Virus record (IMG/VR): IMGVR_UViG_3300042922_001471
Strand: one strand, 5' to 3'
Origin: an uncultured virus (IMG/VR IMGVR_UViG_3300042922_001471)
Taxonomy: Duplodnaviria; Heunggongvirae; Uroviricota; Caudoviricetes
Length of the DNA: 64,000 nt
Made by a program: the position numbers and the translations under genes. Below, piece by piece: positions 1 through 10,697 of this stretch. Below the pieces are notes generated by a model. The model saw only the letters and a program-made list of their open reading frames with translations, was not told where the DNA came from and searched no databases. The stretch's first letter is position 1. Each line of letters starts with the position of its first letter.

Positions 1-830
1 TTGTAATTCATTCTCAGCATCAATTATAGCTTGTACGGTGTCAAGTCTTCCGTTTAAAGAAGTCTTTTCAGTGATTTGTGGAAGTACATTTACTAAAGTT
101 CTTGCACTATCTACATCAGCTTGAAGTTTACTACCTTCGGCTTTAACTACTGCATTTGTTGCATTTGCTATTGCTTGTTGTAATTCATTCTCAGCATCAA
201 TTATAGCTTGTACGGTGTCAAGTCTTCCGTTTAAAGAAGTCTTTTCAGTGATTTGTGGAAGTACATTTACTAAAGTTCTTGCACTATCTACATCAGCTTG
301 AAGTTTACTACCTTCGGCTTTAACTACTGCATTTGTTGCATTTGCTATCGCTTCTTGTAATTCATTCTCAGCGTCAATAATTGCTTGTACTGCATTTAAT
401 CTTTCAGTTAATGAAGTCTTTACTTCACTGTTTGGAAGTGCATTTACTAATACTCTTGCACTATCTACGTCAGCTTGTAATTTGCTACCTTCAGCTTTAA
501 CAACTGCATTTGTTGCATTTGTTATTGCTTCTTGTAATTCATTCTCAGCATTTATGATTGCTTGTACTATATCAAGTCTTTCATTTAATGAAGTTTTTAC
601 TTCACTGCTTGGTAATGCATTTACTAAAGTTCTTGCACTGTCTACGTCTGCTTGTAATTTACTACCTTCGGCTTTAACAACTGCATTTGTTGCATTTGTT
701 ATGGCTTGTTGTAAATCAGTTTCAGCATTTATGATTGCTTGTACTATATCAAGTCTTTCATTTAATGAAGTTTTTACTTCACTACTTGGTAATGCATTTA
801 CTAATAATCTTGCACTATCTACATTAATTT
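1..830 (-). repeat. 180-bp (60-aa) tandem repeats in the stalk of the giant protein
   Basis: 1-180 and 181-360 nearly identical; 361-540, 541-720 and 721-830 are diverged copies; unit encodes ATNAVVKAEGSKLQADVDSARTLVNxLP...L..RLD. Confidence 0.95.
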
Positions 831-3800
831 GAATCTTAGTTGTTTCTGCTTTAATAACAGCTTGGGTTGCCAATAGTATTTGATTTTCAAGTATTTCATC
901 TTTTTCAGGGCTATTAGGCAATTCATTAATTAAATCGTCTAAATCTTCAATAATATCTTCAAGTTCGTCTAATTCTTCTGGTGTAGGATTGTCTTTATCT
1001 AAGATTTCATCAATTCTGTCTAATATATCTTGAATTTTTTTATTAATTATTGCGATTTGAGTATCACCAATTCTTAATAGTAAATTTTGCTTAAATTTGG
1101 TATTAGGTAATGAATTAACTTTTATCTTAGCAATATCTAAATCCGACTGTTCTAATGATGTTTCAGCAACTTCAACTAACACGCCTGCATCTATAACATC
1201 TTGAAGTTTTTGTGCATTTGATTTCATTTGTGCTTTACTCTCAGCATCAACTATTGCTTCTATAATTGCATTAAGTTCATTTAACTTAATTTGTGCATCA
1301 ACATAGTTTTCTGCTATCAATAAATTAATTATTTCGATAAAACCATTTAACGCATCAATGTCTTGTGGTAATATTTCAATTCCATAATCTATGAATAATT
1401 GAACTGCGTCAAGTCTTTTATTTAAATCAGCTTTTTCTGGATTAACTAATTCATTTACAAGTATTCTTGCAACATCTACATAATCTTGTAATTTTGTAGC
1501 TTCTGCCTGTTCAACAGCTTCAGTTGCAAATGCTACTTCATTTAGATAATCTACTTTAGCTTGAACAATATTTAATCTATTTATTAATGAAGTTTTCGTA
1601 GGTTCAGAATCTGGCAATGCATTTACTAATACTCTTGCACTATCTAAATTGGTTTGTGATATATTATTCTCTGCATTAATTACTGCGTTTGTAGCTTCTG
1701 TTAATTTCTTTTGATAGCTTATATAATCCTGAACTACGTCAAGTCTGGCAAATAATGATGCCTTTTGAGAAATTGAATTATCAAGTGCATTTACCAATAC
1801 TCTTGCACTGTCAACATCAGCTTGAAGTTTACTTAATTCAGCTTTTTCTACTGCTAATGTTGCGTCTTTTACACAATTTATTAAATAGTCTACTGCATCA
1901 AGTCTTGTAGTTAAATCAACTTTTTCAGGATTTACTAAAACATTTACTAAATCTCTTGCACTATCAACATCTGTTTGAAGTATAGTAGTTTCTGCTTTTA
2001 CTACTGCTAAAGTTGCTATACGAACAGCTTCTTGATAATCAATATAAGTTTGAACAGTATTTAGTCTATTTGTTAATGAAATTTTTTCATTTCCAGTAGG
2101 CAATGCATTCACTAAAGTTCTTGCACTATCTATGTCAATTTGTGACTTACTATCTTCTGCTTTTACAACTGCAGTAGTTGCATTTAAAACTGCATCTACA
2201 TATGCTTGAAGAGTATTTAATCTATCTGTTAATGAATCTTTCATAGGTTCGCCATTGGATAATGCATTTACTAATATTCTTGCACTATCTATTAATGATT
2301 GTGTTTTGCTATTTTCTGCATTAATCACTGCATTTACAGCATTTATACATGCTTGAACTACGTCAAGTCTGACAGATAATGATGCTTTTTGAGAAATTAA
2401 ATTATCAAGTGCATTTACTAATATTCTTGCACTGTCAACATCTGCTTGAAGTTTACTTAATTCAGCTTTTTCTACTGCTAATGTTGCGTCTTTTACACAA
2501 TTTATTAGGTAGTCTACTGCATCAAGTCTTGTAGTTAAATCAGCTTTTTCAGGATTTACCAAAGCATTTACTAAGATTCTTGCGTCATCCACATCGATTT
2601 GAAGTATAGTTGTTTCAGCTTTTTCTACTGCTAAAGTTGCTATACGAACAGCTTCTTGATAATTAATATAAGCTTGAACTGTATCCAGTCTATTAGTTAA
2701 TGAAACTTTGTCACTTCCATTAGGTAATGCATTTACTAATACTCTTGCACTTTCCACATCTGCTTGGAATTTACTGCCTTCTGCTTTTGCAACTGATTCA
2801 GTTGCTGTATTTACAGCATCTACGTAAGCTTGAACAATATTTAATCTGTCAATTAATGAAGATTTTGTTGGTTCAGAATCTGGTAATTCATTTACCAAAA
2901 TCAATGCATTATCTACATTAACCTGTATTTTATTATTCTCTGATTGAATTACAGCATTTGTTGCTTCTGTTAATTGCTCTTGATAATCAATGTAATCTTG
3001 AATTATATCAAGTCTTTCAATCAATGAAAGTTTTACTGGAATTGAATTATTAAGTGCATTTACTAAAGTTCTTGCACTATCTACATCTGCTTGTAACTTA
3101 GTTGTTTCAGCTTTTAGCACTGCATTTGTAGCGTCTGATACGCAGTTTATTAAATAATCTACTGCATCAAGTCTTAAAGTTAATTCAGCTATTTCTGGAT
3201 TAATTAAGACATTTACTAAAACTCTCGCACTATCTACATCGCTTTGAAGTATAGTTGTTTCTGCTTTTATTACTGCCAAAGTTGCTATGCGAACTGCTTC
3301 TTGGTAATCAATATGAGCTTGAACAGTATTTAATCTATTTGTTAATGTAGTTTTATCATTTCCAGTAGGTAATGCATTTACTAAAGTTCTTGCACTATCT
3401 ACGTCAACTTGTAATTTACTGCCTTCTGCTTTAATAACTGCAGTAGTCGCTATTGTTACAGTATCTATATACTCTTGAACAGAATCTAATCGTTCATTTA
3501 AGGATTCTTTTGTTACCTCTGTATCTGGCAATGTATTTACCAATACTCTTGCATTATCTACTGTTGATTGTGTTTTGTTATTCTCTGCATTAATTACTGC
3601 ATTTACTGCATTTATATACGATTGAACTATATCAATTCTTTCATTTAAATCTGTTTTAATTAAATTATTTGACAATGAGTTTACAAGATTTCGTGCATAG
3701 TCAACGTCAGATTGAAGTTTAGTCAATTCTGCTTTTTCAACAGCTTTAATAGCAAGTTCATCTTTTAATCCGCTATCAGGTAGGTCTACTATTGTACCTG

Positions 3801-6800
3801 TCTTCATAGCTTCAAATATTGATGTTAATGACTGAGCTATATCTACAAACGCAACTTTAGGTTCTCCTGCTGGCAATGTTGTAATTTTATTATTAATAAT
3901 GTTGATTGTTGCTTCTGCTGATACCATGTTCCCATTAAGAATTTGCGTAATAAAATCATTACAGTTATTTACTAAACTATATAGAGTTTGTAAATAATCT
4001 TTATCTTCACCTGCTGGCAACAAATCTATCATCGCTTGAATATCTGTAATAGTTGAAAGTGGTAATTCATTTTTAATAAATAATGTTCTTAAATTACCTG
4101 TACTTACCAACAACATTGGCTGTTCAATACTTGTAGATACCATTTGAGTAGAGCCACTTACTCTATTTTTTAATTGTGCAATTTTTTCCATAAGAGCGTT
4201 CATTACATCAATATATCTTTGAACATTATTAAGTTGTTCTGCTAAATATTCTTTTTCTATACCATCTTGTAATGAGTTTACCAATACTCTTGCATTATTA
4301 ACATCCGATTGTGATTTTGAAACAACTGCTATCGCTACTGCATTGGTTGCTTCTACAATCACTTCATTATTTATTAAATCTTGAACAACATTTAATCTTT
4401 CAATTAATAAAGCTTTTTCTGTAACAGTATCTGACAATGCATTTACTAAAACTCTGGCACTATCTACATCAGCTTGTAATTTTGTTGTTTCTGCGGTAAT
4501 TACTGCATTAGTTGCATTTGTTACTGCTGTTTTAGAAATGACAATATTTAATGTAGCCATTTCACTTTCATTATTGGCGTTATCAATGGTTTTTGCATTA
4601 ATTATATATTCTCCATCTTCTAATGTAACTTGAACTGAATATACTAACCACTCACCATTATTGATTTGATACTGAGTTTCTTTTATTCCAATATCATCAA
4701 CGCCATGTATGATATTAAGAATATTTTCATCTACTTCTATTATCGGTGCTGTTGGAGCTATATTATCTGATACTTCCATTAAGAGATTTGGTATTATTAC
4801 TGGCGACAATTGCATTATAGTATTACCTATTCCTAATTGACCATAATTGTTATAACCCCATGTTTTTACTGTGCCATCTCCCAATATTACAAATGTCTGA
4901 TTATTCCCTGATGAAATTTGTATTACATTAGAAAGCCCTGGTATATCAACTGGCACGAGTTGGTCTACTTTATTTCCTATACCTAATTGTCCAAAAGCAT
5001 TATACCCCCAAGACTTTACAGTGCCATCTTTCATTAGTGCAAAAGATTGAAATGCCCCAGCCATTAATTCTTTTACATTGGTAATTCCTGATAATGTTAC
5101 TGGAGATACCTGCTGAGTTTTATTACCTAATCCTAATTCTCCAAAAGCATTTTGACCCCAAACTTTTATTGTTCCGTCTTCCAATAATGCTAATGTATAA
5201 TTACGACCTGCAACAATTTGTTTTAAATTTATTAGATTTGGTATTGTTACTGGTGATAGCTGATTAACAGCATTACCAATACCCAATTGCCCATTAAGAT
5301 TGTACCCCCAAGCCTTCACTGTTCCATCCGACAACAATGCAAATACATGACAATCTCCTACGACTATACGATTTACATTTGATAAACCTGGTATTATTAC
5401 TGGTAGAGTTTGTTGAGTTGTATTTCCAATACCTAATTGTCCATAATCATTACGACCCCATGCTCTTACTGTTCCATTTTCTAATAATGCAAATGTAGAA
5501 CCATTACTTGCAGTAATTTGTTTCACATTTATAAGTCCAGGGATTATTACAGGCGACATTTGTCCTGTAGTATGACCAATACCCAATTGCCCATATCCAT
5601 TACTTCCCCATGCTTTTACAGTTCCATCTTCTATTAATGCAAATGAATTAGAAGCTTTTGCTGAAACCTGTTTTACATTTGTAAGCCCTGGTATTGTTAC
5701 TGGTGATAATTGTTGAAGTTTATTGCCAATACCTACTTCCCCAGAACTATTTTGCCCCCAAGCTTTCAATGTTCCATCTCCCATTAATGCTAATGCATGA
5801 GAGTCCCCTACTACTATTTGAGGATTTGTGGTGAAAGGTGCTTTATTAATATTATTAATTTCTATTGAACTAACTACACTCCAATTACCACTTTTGTCTT
5901 TACACTTTGCGTAAACATTATTATTATTAGTGACCAAAACAGGAGCAATATAATCATACCAAAGACCTGTTTCTCCCACCTTAAATTGTTTTACAAAAGC
6001 ATCTTCTGGATAAGCAATTGTAACTCTTATATTTTGATTAGTCTCTGCTGTTGTACTACTTGTTAATATAGGAGCATTTGGTGCATTTTTATCAACAATT
6101 AATTGAAAATCGCTTATTAATACTGGAGAAATTTGATTTATTATATTTCCAATACCTAATTGACCATATTCATTTCTACCCCAAGCCATCACTGTTTCAT
6201 CTGCCATAATAGCAAAAGCACTTGAATATCCTGTTGAGATATCCACAACGCTTGAAAGATTTGAAACAACTACTGGCGAAGTTTGATTTGTATTATTTCC
6301 AATACCTAATTGTCCAGAAACATTAGCTCCCCATGCTTTAACATTTCCATCTTCCATTAATGCAAAAACAGAAGACGAAGCTGTTTTCAACTTCTTTACA
6401 TTTGTAAGACCTGGAATTTCAACTGGTGTTAATTTTGTAGTAGTATTTCCAATACCTAATTGTCCTGAATTATTAGCACCCCATGATTTTACTGTTCCAT
6501 CATTCATTAGAGCAATTGTATGAGCATTTCCAGCTACAATTTGTTTTACGCTATCAATTGATATAGATATAGGGATTCCTTGATTAATAATATTTCCATT
6601 ACCTAATGCCCCATATTCATTGTAACCCCATCCTTTAATCGTTCCATCTACCATTATAGCAAAAGCGTGATATTCACCAGCTATGATTTGTTTAACATTA
6701 GTTAGCCCTGGTATGGTTATTGGAGTGTTTCGTTGTTGAAAAAGAGAAGTGCCAACACCTAATTGTCCATAACCATTAAAACCCCATGATTTAACAGTTC

Positions 6801-7257
6801 CATCTTCCATTAATGCTAAAGAAAAATTGCGACCTGCTGAAATTTCTTTCACATTAGTAAGTCCTTGTATAACTGTTGGAGAATATTGATTTGTAAAGTT
6901 TCCAATACCTAATTGCCCATTACTATTGTATCCCCAGGACTTTACTGTTCCATCTTCCAACAAGGCTATTGAAAAATTGCTACCTGCTGAAATTTGCTTT
7001 ACATTATTAAGCCCTGATATTGTTACTGGTGAAGTTTGTTGTATAGTATTGCCGATACCTACTTCTCCAAAATTATTTCTACCCCAAGCTTTTACTGTTC
7101 CATCTTCCATTAATGCAAGAGTATGATATTCCCCTTCTACTATCTGAGGATTTACAACCAATGCATTAGATTCAATAGGGTTAATCAATCCTACTGAAAT
7201 ATACATTATTATTAATGTAATAATTAAAATTGTTTGTTTAATTTTATTTTTTTTCAT
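1..7257 (-). CDS. Giant secreted protein (>2419 aa, 3' end outside window): signal peptide, 7 RCC1/BLIP-II repeats, Ig-like spacer, 7 more RCC1 repeats, Ig-like domain, long helical repeat stalk
   Basis: ATG at 7257 after GAAGGGAG SD; N-terminus MKKNKIKQTILIITLIIMYISVGLI; ~150-bp units encoding ALMEDGTVKAWGxNxxGQLGIGN at ~7140-6120 and ~5820-4790; same frame is coding at position 1. Absent from the ORF track, consistent with no stop inside the window. Confidence 0.92.
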   Translation of the reverse strand, partial: MKKNKIKQTILIITLIIMYISVGLINPIESNALVVNPQIVEGEYHTLALMEDGTVKAWGRNNFGEVGIGNTIQQTSPVTISGLNNVKQISAGSNFSIALLEDGTVKSWGYNSNGQLGIGNFTNQYSPTVIQGLTNVKEISAGRNFSLALMEDGTVKSWGFNGYGQLGVGTSLFQQRNTPITIPGLTNVKQIIAGEYHAFAIMVDGTIKGWGYNEYGALGNGNIINQGIPISISIDSVKQIVAGNAHTIALMNDGTVKSWGANNSGQLGIGNTTTKLTPVEIPGLTNVKKLKTASSSVFALMEDGNVKAWGANVSGQLGIGNNTNQTSPVVVSNLSSVVDISTGYSSAFAIMADETVMAWGRNEYGQLGIGNIINQISPVLISDFQLIVDKNAPNAPILTSSTTAETNQNIRVTIAYPEDAFVKQFKVGETGLWYDYIAPVLVTNNNNVYAKCKDKSGNWSVVSSIEINNINKAPFTTNPQIVVGDSHALALMGDGTLKAWGQNSSGEVGIGNKLQQLSPVTIPGLTNVKQVSAKASNSFALIEDGTVKAWGSNGYGQLGIGHTTGQMSPVIIPGLINVKQITASNGSTFALLENGTVRAWGRNDYGQLGIGNTTQQTLPVIIPGLSNVNRIVVGDCHVFALLSDGTVKAWGYNLNGQLGIGNAVNQLSPVTIPNLINLKQIVAGRNYTLALLEDGTIKVWGQNAFGELGLGNKTQQVSPVTLSGITNVKELMAGAFQSFALMKDGTVKSWGYNAFGQLGIGNKVDQLVPVDIPGLSNVIQISSGNNQTFVILGDGTVKTWGYNNYGQLGIGNTIMQLSPVIIPNLLMEVSDNIAPTAPIIEVDENILNIIHGVDDIGIKETQYQINNGEWLVYSVQVTLEDGEYIINAKTIDNANNESEMATLNIVISKTAVTNATNAVITAETTKLQADVDSARVLVNALSDTVTEKALLIERLNVVQDLINNEVIVEATNAVAIAVVSKSQSDVNNARVLVNSLQDGIEKEYLAEQLNNVQRYIDVMNALMEKIAQLKNRVSGSTQMVSTSIEQPMLLVSTGNLRTLFIKNELPLSTITDIQAMIDLLPAGEDKDYLQTLYSLVNNCNDFITQILNGNMVSAEATINIINNKITTLPAGEPKVAFVDIAQSLTSIFEAMKTGTIVDLPDSGLKDELAIKAVEKAELTKLQSDVDYARNLVNSLSNNLIKTDLNERIDIVQSYINAVNAVINAENNKTQSTVDNARVLVNTLPDTEVTKESLNERLDSVQEYIDTVTIATTAVIKAEGSKLQVDVDSARTLVNALPTGNDKTTLTNRLNTVQAHIDYQEAVRIATLAVIKAETTILQSDVDSARVLVNVLINPEIAELTLRLDAVDYLINCVSDATNAVLKAETTKLQADVDSARTLVNALNNSIPVKLSLIERLDIIQDYIDYQEQLTEATNAVIQSENNKIQVNVDNALILVNELPDSEPTKSSLIDRLNIVQAYVDAVNTATESVAKAEGSKFQADVESARVLVNALPNGSDKVSLTNRLDTVQAYINYQEAVRIATLAVEKAETTILQIDVDDARILVNALVNPEKADLTTRLDAVDYLINCVKDATLAVEKAELSKLQADVDSARILVNALDNLISQKASLSVRLDVVQACINAVNAVINAENSKTQSLIDSARILVNALSNGEPMKDSLTDRLNTLQAYVDAVLNATTAVVKAEDSKSQIDIDSARTLVNALPTGNEKISLTNRLNTVQTYIDYQEAVRIATLAVVKAETTILQTDVDSARDLVNVLVNPEKVDLTTRLDAVDYLINCVKDATLAVEKAELSKLQADVDSARVLVNALDNSISQKASLFARLDVVQDYISYQKKLTEATNAVINAENNISQTNLDSARVLVNALPDSEPTKTSLINRLNIVQAKVDYLNEVAFATEAVEQAEATKLQDYVDVARILVNELVNPEKADLNKRLDAVQLFIDYGIEILPQDIDALNGFIEIINLLIAENYVDAQIKLNELNAIIEAIVDAESKAQMKSNAQKLQDVIDAGVLVEVAETSLEQSDLDIAKIKVNSLPNTKFKQNLLLRIGDTQIAIINKKIQDILDRIDEILDKDNPTPEELDELEDIIEDLDDLINELPNSPEKDEILENQILLATQAVIKAETTKIQINVDSARLLVNALPSSEVKTSLNERLDIVQAIINAETDLQQAITNATNAVVKAEGSKLQADVDSARTLVNALPSSEVKTSLNERLDIVQAIINAENELQEAITNATNAVVKAEGSKLQADVDSARVLVNALPNSEVKTSLTERLNAVQAIIDAENELQEAIANATNAVVKAEGSKLQADVDSARTLVNVLPQITEKTSLNGRLDTVQAIIDAENELQQAIANATNAVVKAEGSKLQADVDSARTLVNVLPQITEKTSLNGRLDTVQAIIDAENELQ

Positions 7258-7369
7258 TTTGTCTCCCTTCTAATTTTTGTAATTTAATGATTATTACCAT
7301 CTTTTATGATAGATTTTTTATCTAAAAATATAACTTTACACTTATTGAATTTGAGTTAATTCAACTGTT

Positions 7370-7663
7370 TTAATTATTATATTTGTTGAATACATTAAGA
7401 GCTTCTTCAATACTTTCATATCTGTGAAGATTTAAATATTCTGCATTTCTGTTTATTGGGAATAAAGGTTCGTAATTCCATTCGCCATCTTTATTCATAC
7501 ATAAATCGCAATATCTTATTTCATACTGAAGAGGATGGTCTTTCCTTTTATCAATAAATACTGGATACAATCCATACCCATTGATAAGAAAATTTTCTTT
7601 TATTTTTAGTCTCTCTATATTATTAATCAATTCTTTTGGTATTTTACTAAAATCTATATTCAT
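7370..7663 (-). CDS. hypothetical protein
   Basis: 97-aa ORF with AAGGAGG SD. Confidence 0.75.
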   Translation of the reverse strand: MNIDFSKIPKELINNIERLKIKENFLINGYGLYPVFIDKRKDHPLQYEIRYCDLCMNKDGEWNYEPLFPINRNAEYLNLHRYESIEEALNVFNKYNN

Positions 7664-7672
7664 ATATCCTCC

Positions 7673-7894
7673 TTAAAGATTTCTAACAATTAGCTCTTTG
7701 CCACATCCACATATTACTTTAACTAACATTCCAATTGATGTTGGAGTAAATTCTATACTCAAATGCCCTCCAATAGCCCCAGAGTATTTCTCAACACCAT
7801 TCTTTGGTTTATACATACATTCATGAGTTTTATCCCAGTCTCGGATTTTTTCATATTCCTTATCCAATATTTCAAAATTCTTCATTGTAAACAT
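7673..7894 (-). CDS. hypothetical phage-type protein
   Basis: 73-aa ORF, AAGGAGG SD, FTPTSIG...CGCG motif. Confidence 0.75.
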   Translation of the reverse strand: MFTMKNFEILDKEYEKIRDWDKTHECMYKPKNGVEKYSGAIGGHLSIEFTPTSIGMLVKVICGCGKELIVRNL

Positions 7895-7909
7895 TTTTAA
7901 ATCCTCCTT

Positions 7910-8332
7910 TTACAATAGTTTTAAACTCCCTGTTATTTCATCTATTTCACTATCCTTTGCAGGTCCAATTGCTAAACAAGTTTTAGTCTTAACCCCATTA
8001 AACATTGTAAGTCCAGCATCCTCTATCAATACAACAGGCAAATCCTTCTTTACAGATTTATCATATATTTGAAGAAGTTCTTCCTCTGAATTTACATAAA
8101 CACAAATTTTTGTAAAAATGCCTCTAATCCATTAATCTAATTCAGAATCAATCTCTATATCTAATTTCATTATGTATTTATTATCAATAATTTCAGGCGT
8201 TTTATCTCTTATTCCAAAACCATTATTCATCATTTTTAATATTACGCCTAAAGAAGCATGACTCCCTTGTGCAACCATTTTTCCTTTTGTCATATTTAAG
8301 TCTTTCCTCATTACTATTACTTGTTTGCTCAT
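7910..8332 (-). pseudogene. pth2: Peptidyl-tRNA hydrolase Pth2 family with one in-frame TAA at 8132-8134
   Basis: N-half KQVIVMRKDLNMTKGKMVAQGSHAS; the same frame continues past the TAA as WIRGIFTKICVYVNSEEELL...IEDAGLTMFNGVKTKTCLAIGPA...ITGSLKLL to a TAA at 7910-7912. Confidence 0.9.
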
Positions 8333-8347
8333 ATTTGTTCCTCTTTC

Positions 8348-9046
8348 CTATAGATTTACTACATTATCTGATAATTGTTTCTCTATTTCATTTATCAAGT
8401 ATTCAATATGTGTTTTATTGTAAAGTGCAAAATCACCCATATAAGTGCTTTTATCAAAAGGGTTTATTCCGATACAGATTTCTTTTAAACAAGAATAATC
8501 ATGCCTTTTATATTTCTTCTTTTTAAATTGCATACTTCTTGCTGTATCCACAAATAAAGAAATCCCAAAATTTTCTCCCTTATAAGTCACCATAATATCT
8601 ATGCCATCCTGGGTATCAGTTATAAATGAATATTTTATATTTTCGAATATCTTAGAATTAAAACATAAAACATAGAAATGAAAATCTCTTAATAATGATG
8701 GGAATGCTCTATATACTCTTGCCTTTATTCCCTGCCCACTGTATGTTTTTTCCGTACCTTTTAACTTATATGTATCATTGTCGGTATTAATAAAATTCTT
8801 AAACAAATATTCTTTAAATAAGGTTTCTGGGGTTAATATTTTTCTCATAAAGATACTTTCATAAAAAACTTTAGCAATTGACGGTAATTGAGCATTTTCA
8901 ACAAATTTATCTTTAATTAATCCTTGCCCTTTATATTTTATTTTTGATATATTATCTTCTATTGCTTTGATGTCGAATGATACTTCTTTAATTTCTATTA
9001 ATCTGTTATTAATAATTTGTATATCAACTATGTTTTCCTTAATCAT
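8348..9046 (-). CDS. putative PD-(D/E)xK nuclease, TaqI-like restriction endonuclease family
   Basis: 232 aa; ARVYRAFPSLLRDFHF...DTQDGIDIMV...GISLFV motifs recalled from TaqI-like proteins; not searched. Confidence 0.5.
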   Translation of the reverse strand: MIKENIVDIQIINNRLIEIKEVSFDIKAIEDNISKIKYKGQGLIKDKFVENAQLPSIAKVFYESIFMRKILTPETLFKEYLFKNFINTDNDTYKLKGTEKTYSGQGIKARVYRAFPSLLRDFHFYVLCFNSKIFENIKYSFITDTQDGIDIMVTYKGENFGISLFVDTARSMQFKKKKYKRHDYSCLKEICIGINPFDKSTYMGDFALYNKTHIEYLINEIEKQLSDNVVNL

Positions 9047-9125
9047 TAAATAAATCTCCTTTTTTAATATTTCATTGACTTTAGTCTATAATATTATCGC
9101 ATATACTAAAGTATTATTAAATAGG

Positions 9126-9153
9126 GGAACTGTCTAATACTGTTTTACGTCTA
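9126..9153 (+). promoter_or_regulatory. ECF-sigma-type promoter
   Basis: GGAACT-N16-CGTCTA upstream of the lipoprotein gene. Confidence 0.55.
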
Positions 9154-9210
9154 AGTATATTAATAACAAAAATTCAAGAATAAAATAAAAATAAGGGAGG
9201 GATATATAAC

Positions 9211-10215
9211 TTGAATAAAACACAAATTACAAAAAAAATATATTTACTTGTAGCAATACTGCTTTTACTTACTTCATGCTCTACTAACTCATTAAGAGAA
9301 GGGAGTTCTTCTACTGTAGGAATGGATTCAATGTTAGGAGTTAATTCTGTATCACCAGAAAAGGCTTCAATGGATTATAACTATGAAAAATCTGCAGTTA
9401 TTCAATCATCAGCATTAGAAAACAAGCAAAATGTTAAAGACCAAAAAATTATTAAAACTGGTAGTGTGTCAATGGACACATTACATTTTGACAAAACTAT
9501 TTTAGACATTAACAAATATATTGAAAGCATAGGTGGATATATTGAACAATCTTCAATTGATAATAGCAATTATAGATTTACACAGCATAACAAATATGAA
9601 ATTGATAAATTAATGAGGATTGCAACTTTAACTTACAAAATTCCAGAAGATAAATTTAAAAATGCAATAAATAATATTAAGCAATATGGAACAGTAATAT
9701 CTGAAAATACGAATTCTGTAGATATATCAGACCAATATTATGATACGGATGCAAGATTAAAGTCTTTAAAAGTTCAAGAAGAGAGAATGTTAGATATTCT
9801 TAAAAAAGCAGTTGAGCTAAAAGATGTATTAGAATTAGAAAAAGCACTAAATGACACAAGATATCAAATAGAAAGTATCACTGGAACTTTAAATCAATGG
9901 GATAAGCAAATAACTTATTCTACATTAACAATTTACTTAAATGAAAAAGATGATACAACAATGATAACCCCAGGAAAAACAGATGGGATGTGGAATAGAA
10001 TAGTATTTAACTTCAATAGTTCAATAAAATCTTTAATAAACTTAACTGAAGAATTAATACTTATAATAACATCTCTTATTCCATTAGCAATTGTTATAAT
10101 AGTGATTTATTTTATATCTAAACCTATTGCTAAAAAACTAATAAATAATAAAAGGAAATATAAAGACAATATAAAAATTGAAGAAATAAGAAATGAAAAA
10201 AATAATGAAAAATAA
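9211..10215 (+). CDS. DUF4349-like lipoprotein
   Basis: lipobox LLTSC; KIIKTG, GGYIE, DISDQYYD...RL motifs; C-terminal TM helix. Confidence 0.85.
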   Translation: MNKTQITKKIYLLVAILLLLTSCSTNSLREGSSSTVGMDSMLGVNSVSPEKASMDYNYEKSAVIQSSALENKQNVKDQKIIKTGSVSMDTLHFDKTILDINKYIESIGGYIEQSSIDNSNYRFTQHNKYEIDKLMRIATLTYKIPEDKFKNAINNIKQYGTVISENTNSVDISDQYYDTDARLKSLKVQEERMLDILKKAVELKDVLELEKALNDTRYQIESITGTLNQWDKQITYSTLTIYLNEKDDTTMITPGKTDGMWNRIVFNFNSSIKSLINLTEELILIITSLIPLAIVIIVIYFISKPIAKKLINNKRKYKDNIKIEEIRNEKNNEK

Positions 10216-10270
10216 AAAGAACCAATACGGTTCTTTTTTTAACTCTATTAGATTTTTAATTGTGGTTCAT

Positions 10271-10666
10271 TTAGGATAGGTCAGCTATTAATTCTGGATT
10301 TTCATATTCAGTACCTATAATCTCAAATTCATTATAATTTCCTAAATAATCATCGCTGAAACCACTAAAATTTTGAAAATATGTTGTAAGTAAAGTAGTG
10401 CGTTTTATTACACCAATTTCCTCACCCCTTTTTTCATAGTAAATCCCCTTAGCTTTTACAATGTCACCGTCAAACATTTCTTTATTATTTATATCTGTCA
10501 TATTTAAAAATATATTTGTGGCTATTAAGCTATATCCTTCATTCCATAGCTGGTTTTTTGTAAACTCTGCCTCACCTTGTTCTATTTCTTTTAGGTTATA
10601 TACTATCTTCACAATTTCTTTAGTTTTCTCATTTTTGAATACATATCTAAGCTTTAGGTCTATCAT
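10271..10666 (-). CDS. YopX family protein
   Basis: DINNKEMFDGDIV and EIIGTEYENPEL motifs. Confidence 0.8.
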   Translation of the reverse strand: MIDLKLRYVFKNEKTKEIVKIVYNLKEIEQGEAEFTKNQLWNEGYSLIATNIFLNMTDINNKEMFDGDIVKAKGIYYEKRGEEIGVIKRTTLLTTYFQNFSGFSDDYLGNYNEFEIIGTEYENPELIADLS

Positions 10667-10697
10667 CTATTCCCCCTTTTTAATATTAATTCTTTAA

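Noticed and set aside
1..830. Regular repeats as a CRISPR array
   Set aside because: Units are 180 bp, contiguous, in frame and coding; no repeat-spacer alternation and no cas genes
482..7126. Plus-strand ORFs 482-832, 2727-2921 and 6926-7126
   Set aside because: Antisense shadows of the giant minus-strand gene. The same applies to track ORFs opposite real genes, such as 13408, 23924, 41118, 50713, 51925 and 62094
4790..7140. Diversity-generating retroelement acting on the RCC1 genes
   Set aside because: No reverse transcriptase and no template/variable repeat pair with adenine-specific differences was seen
7296..7315. 18/20 match to 22855-22874 (AATCTAYCATAAAAGATGKT) as a shared operator
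   Set aside because: Such matches are expected by chance in sequence this AT-rich; only two instances
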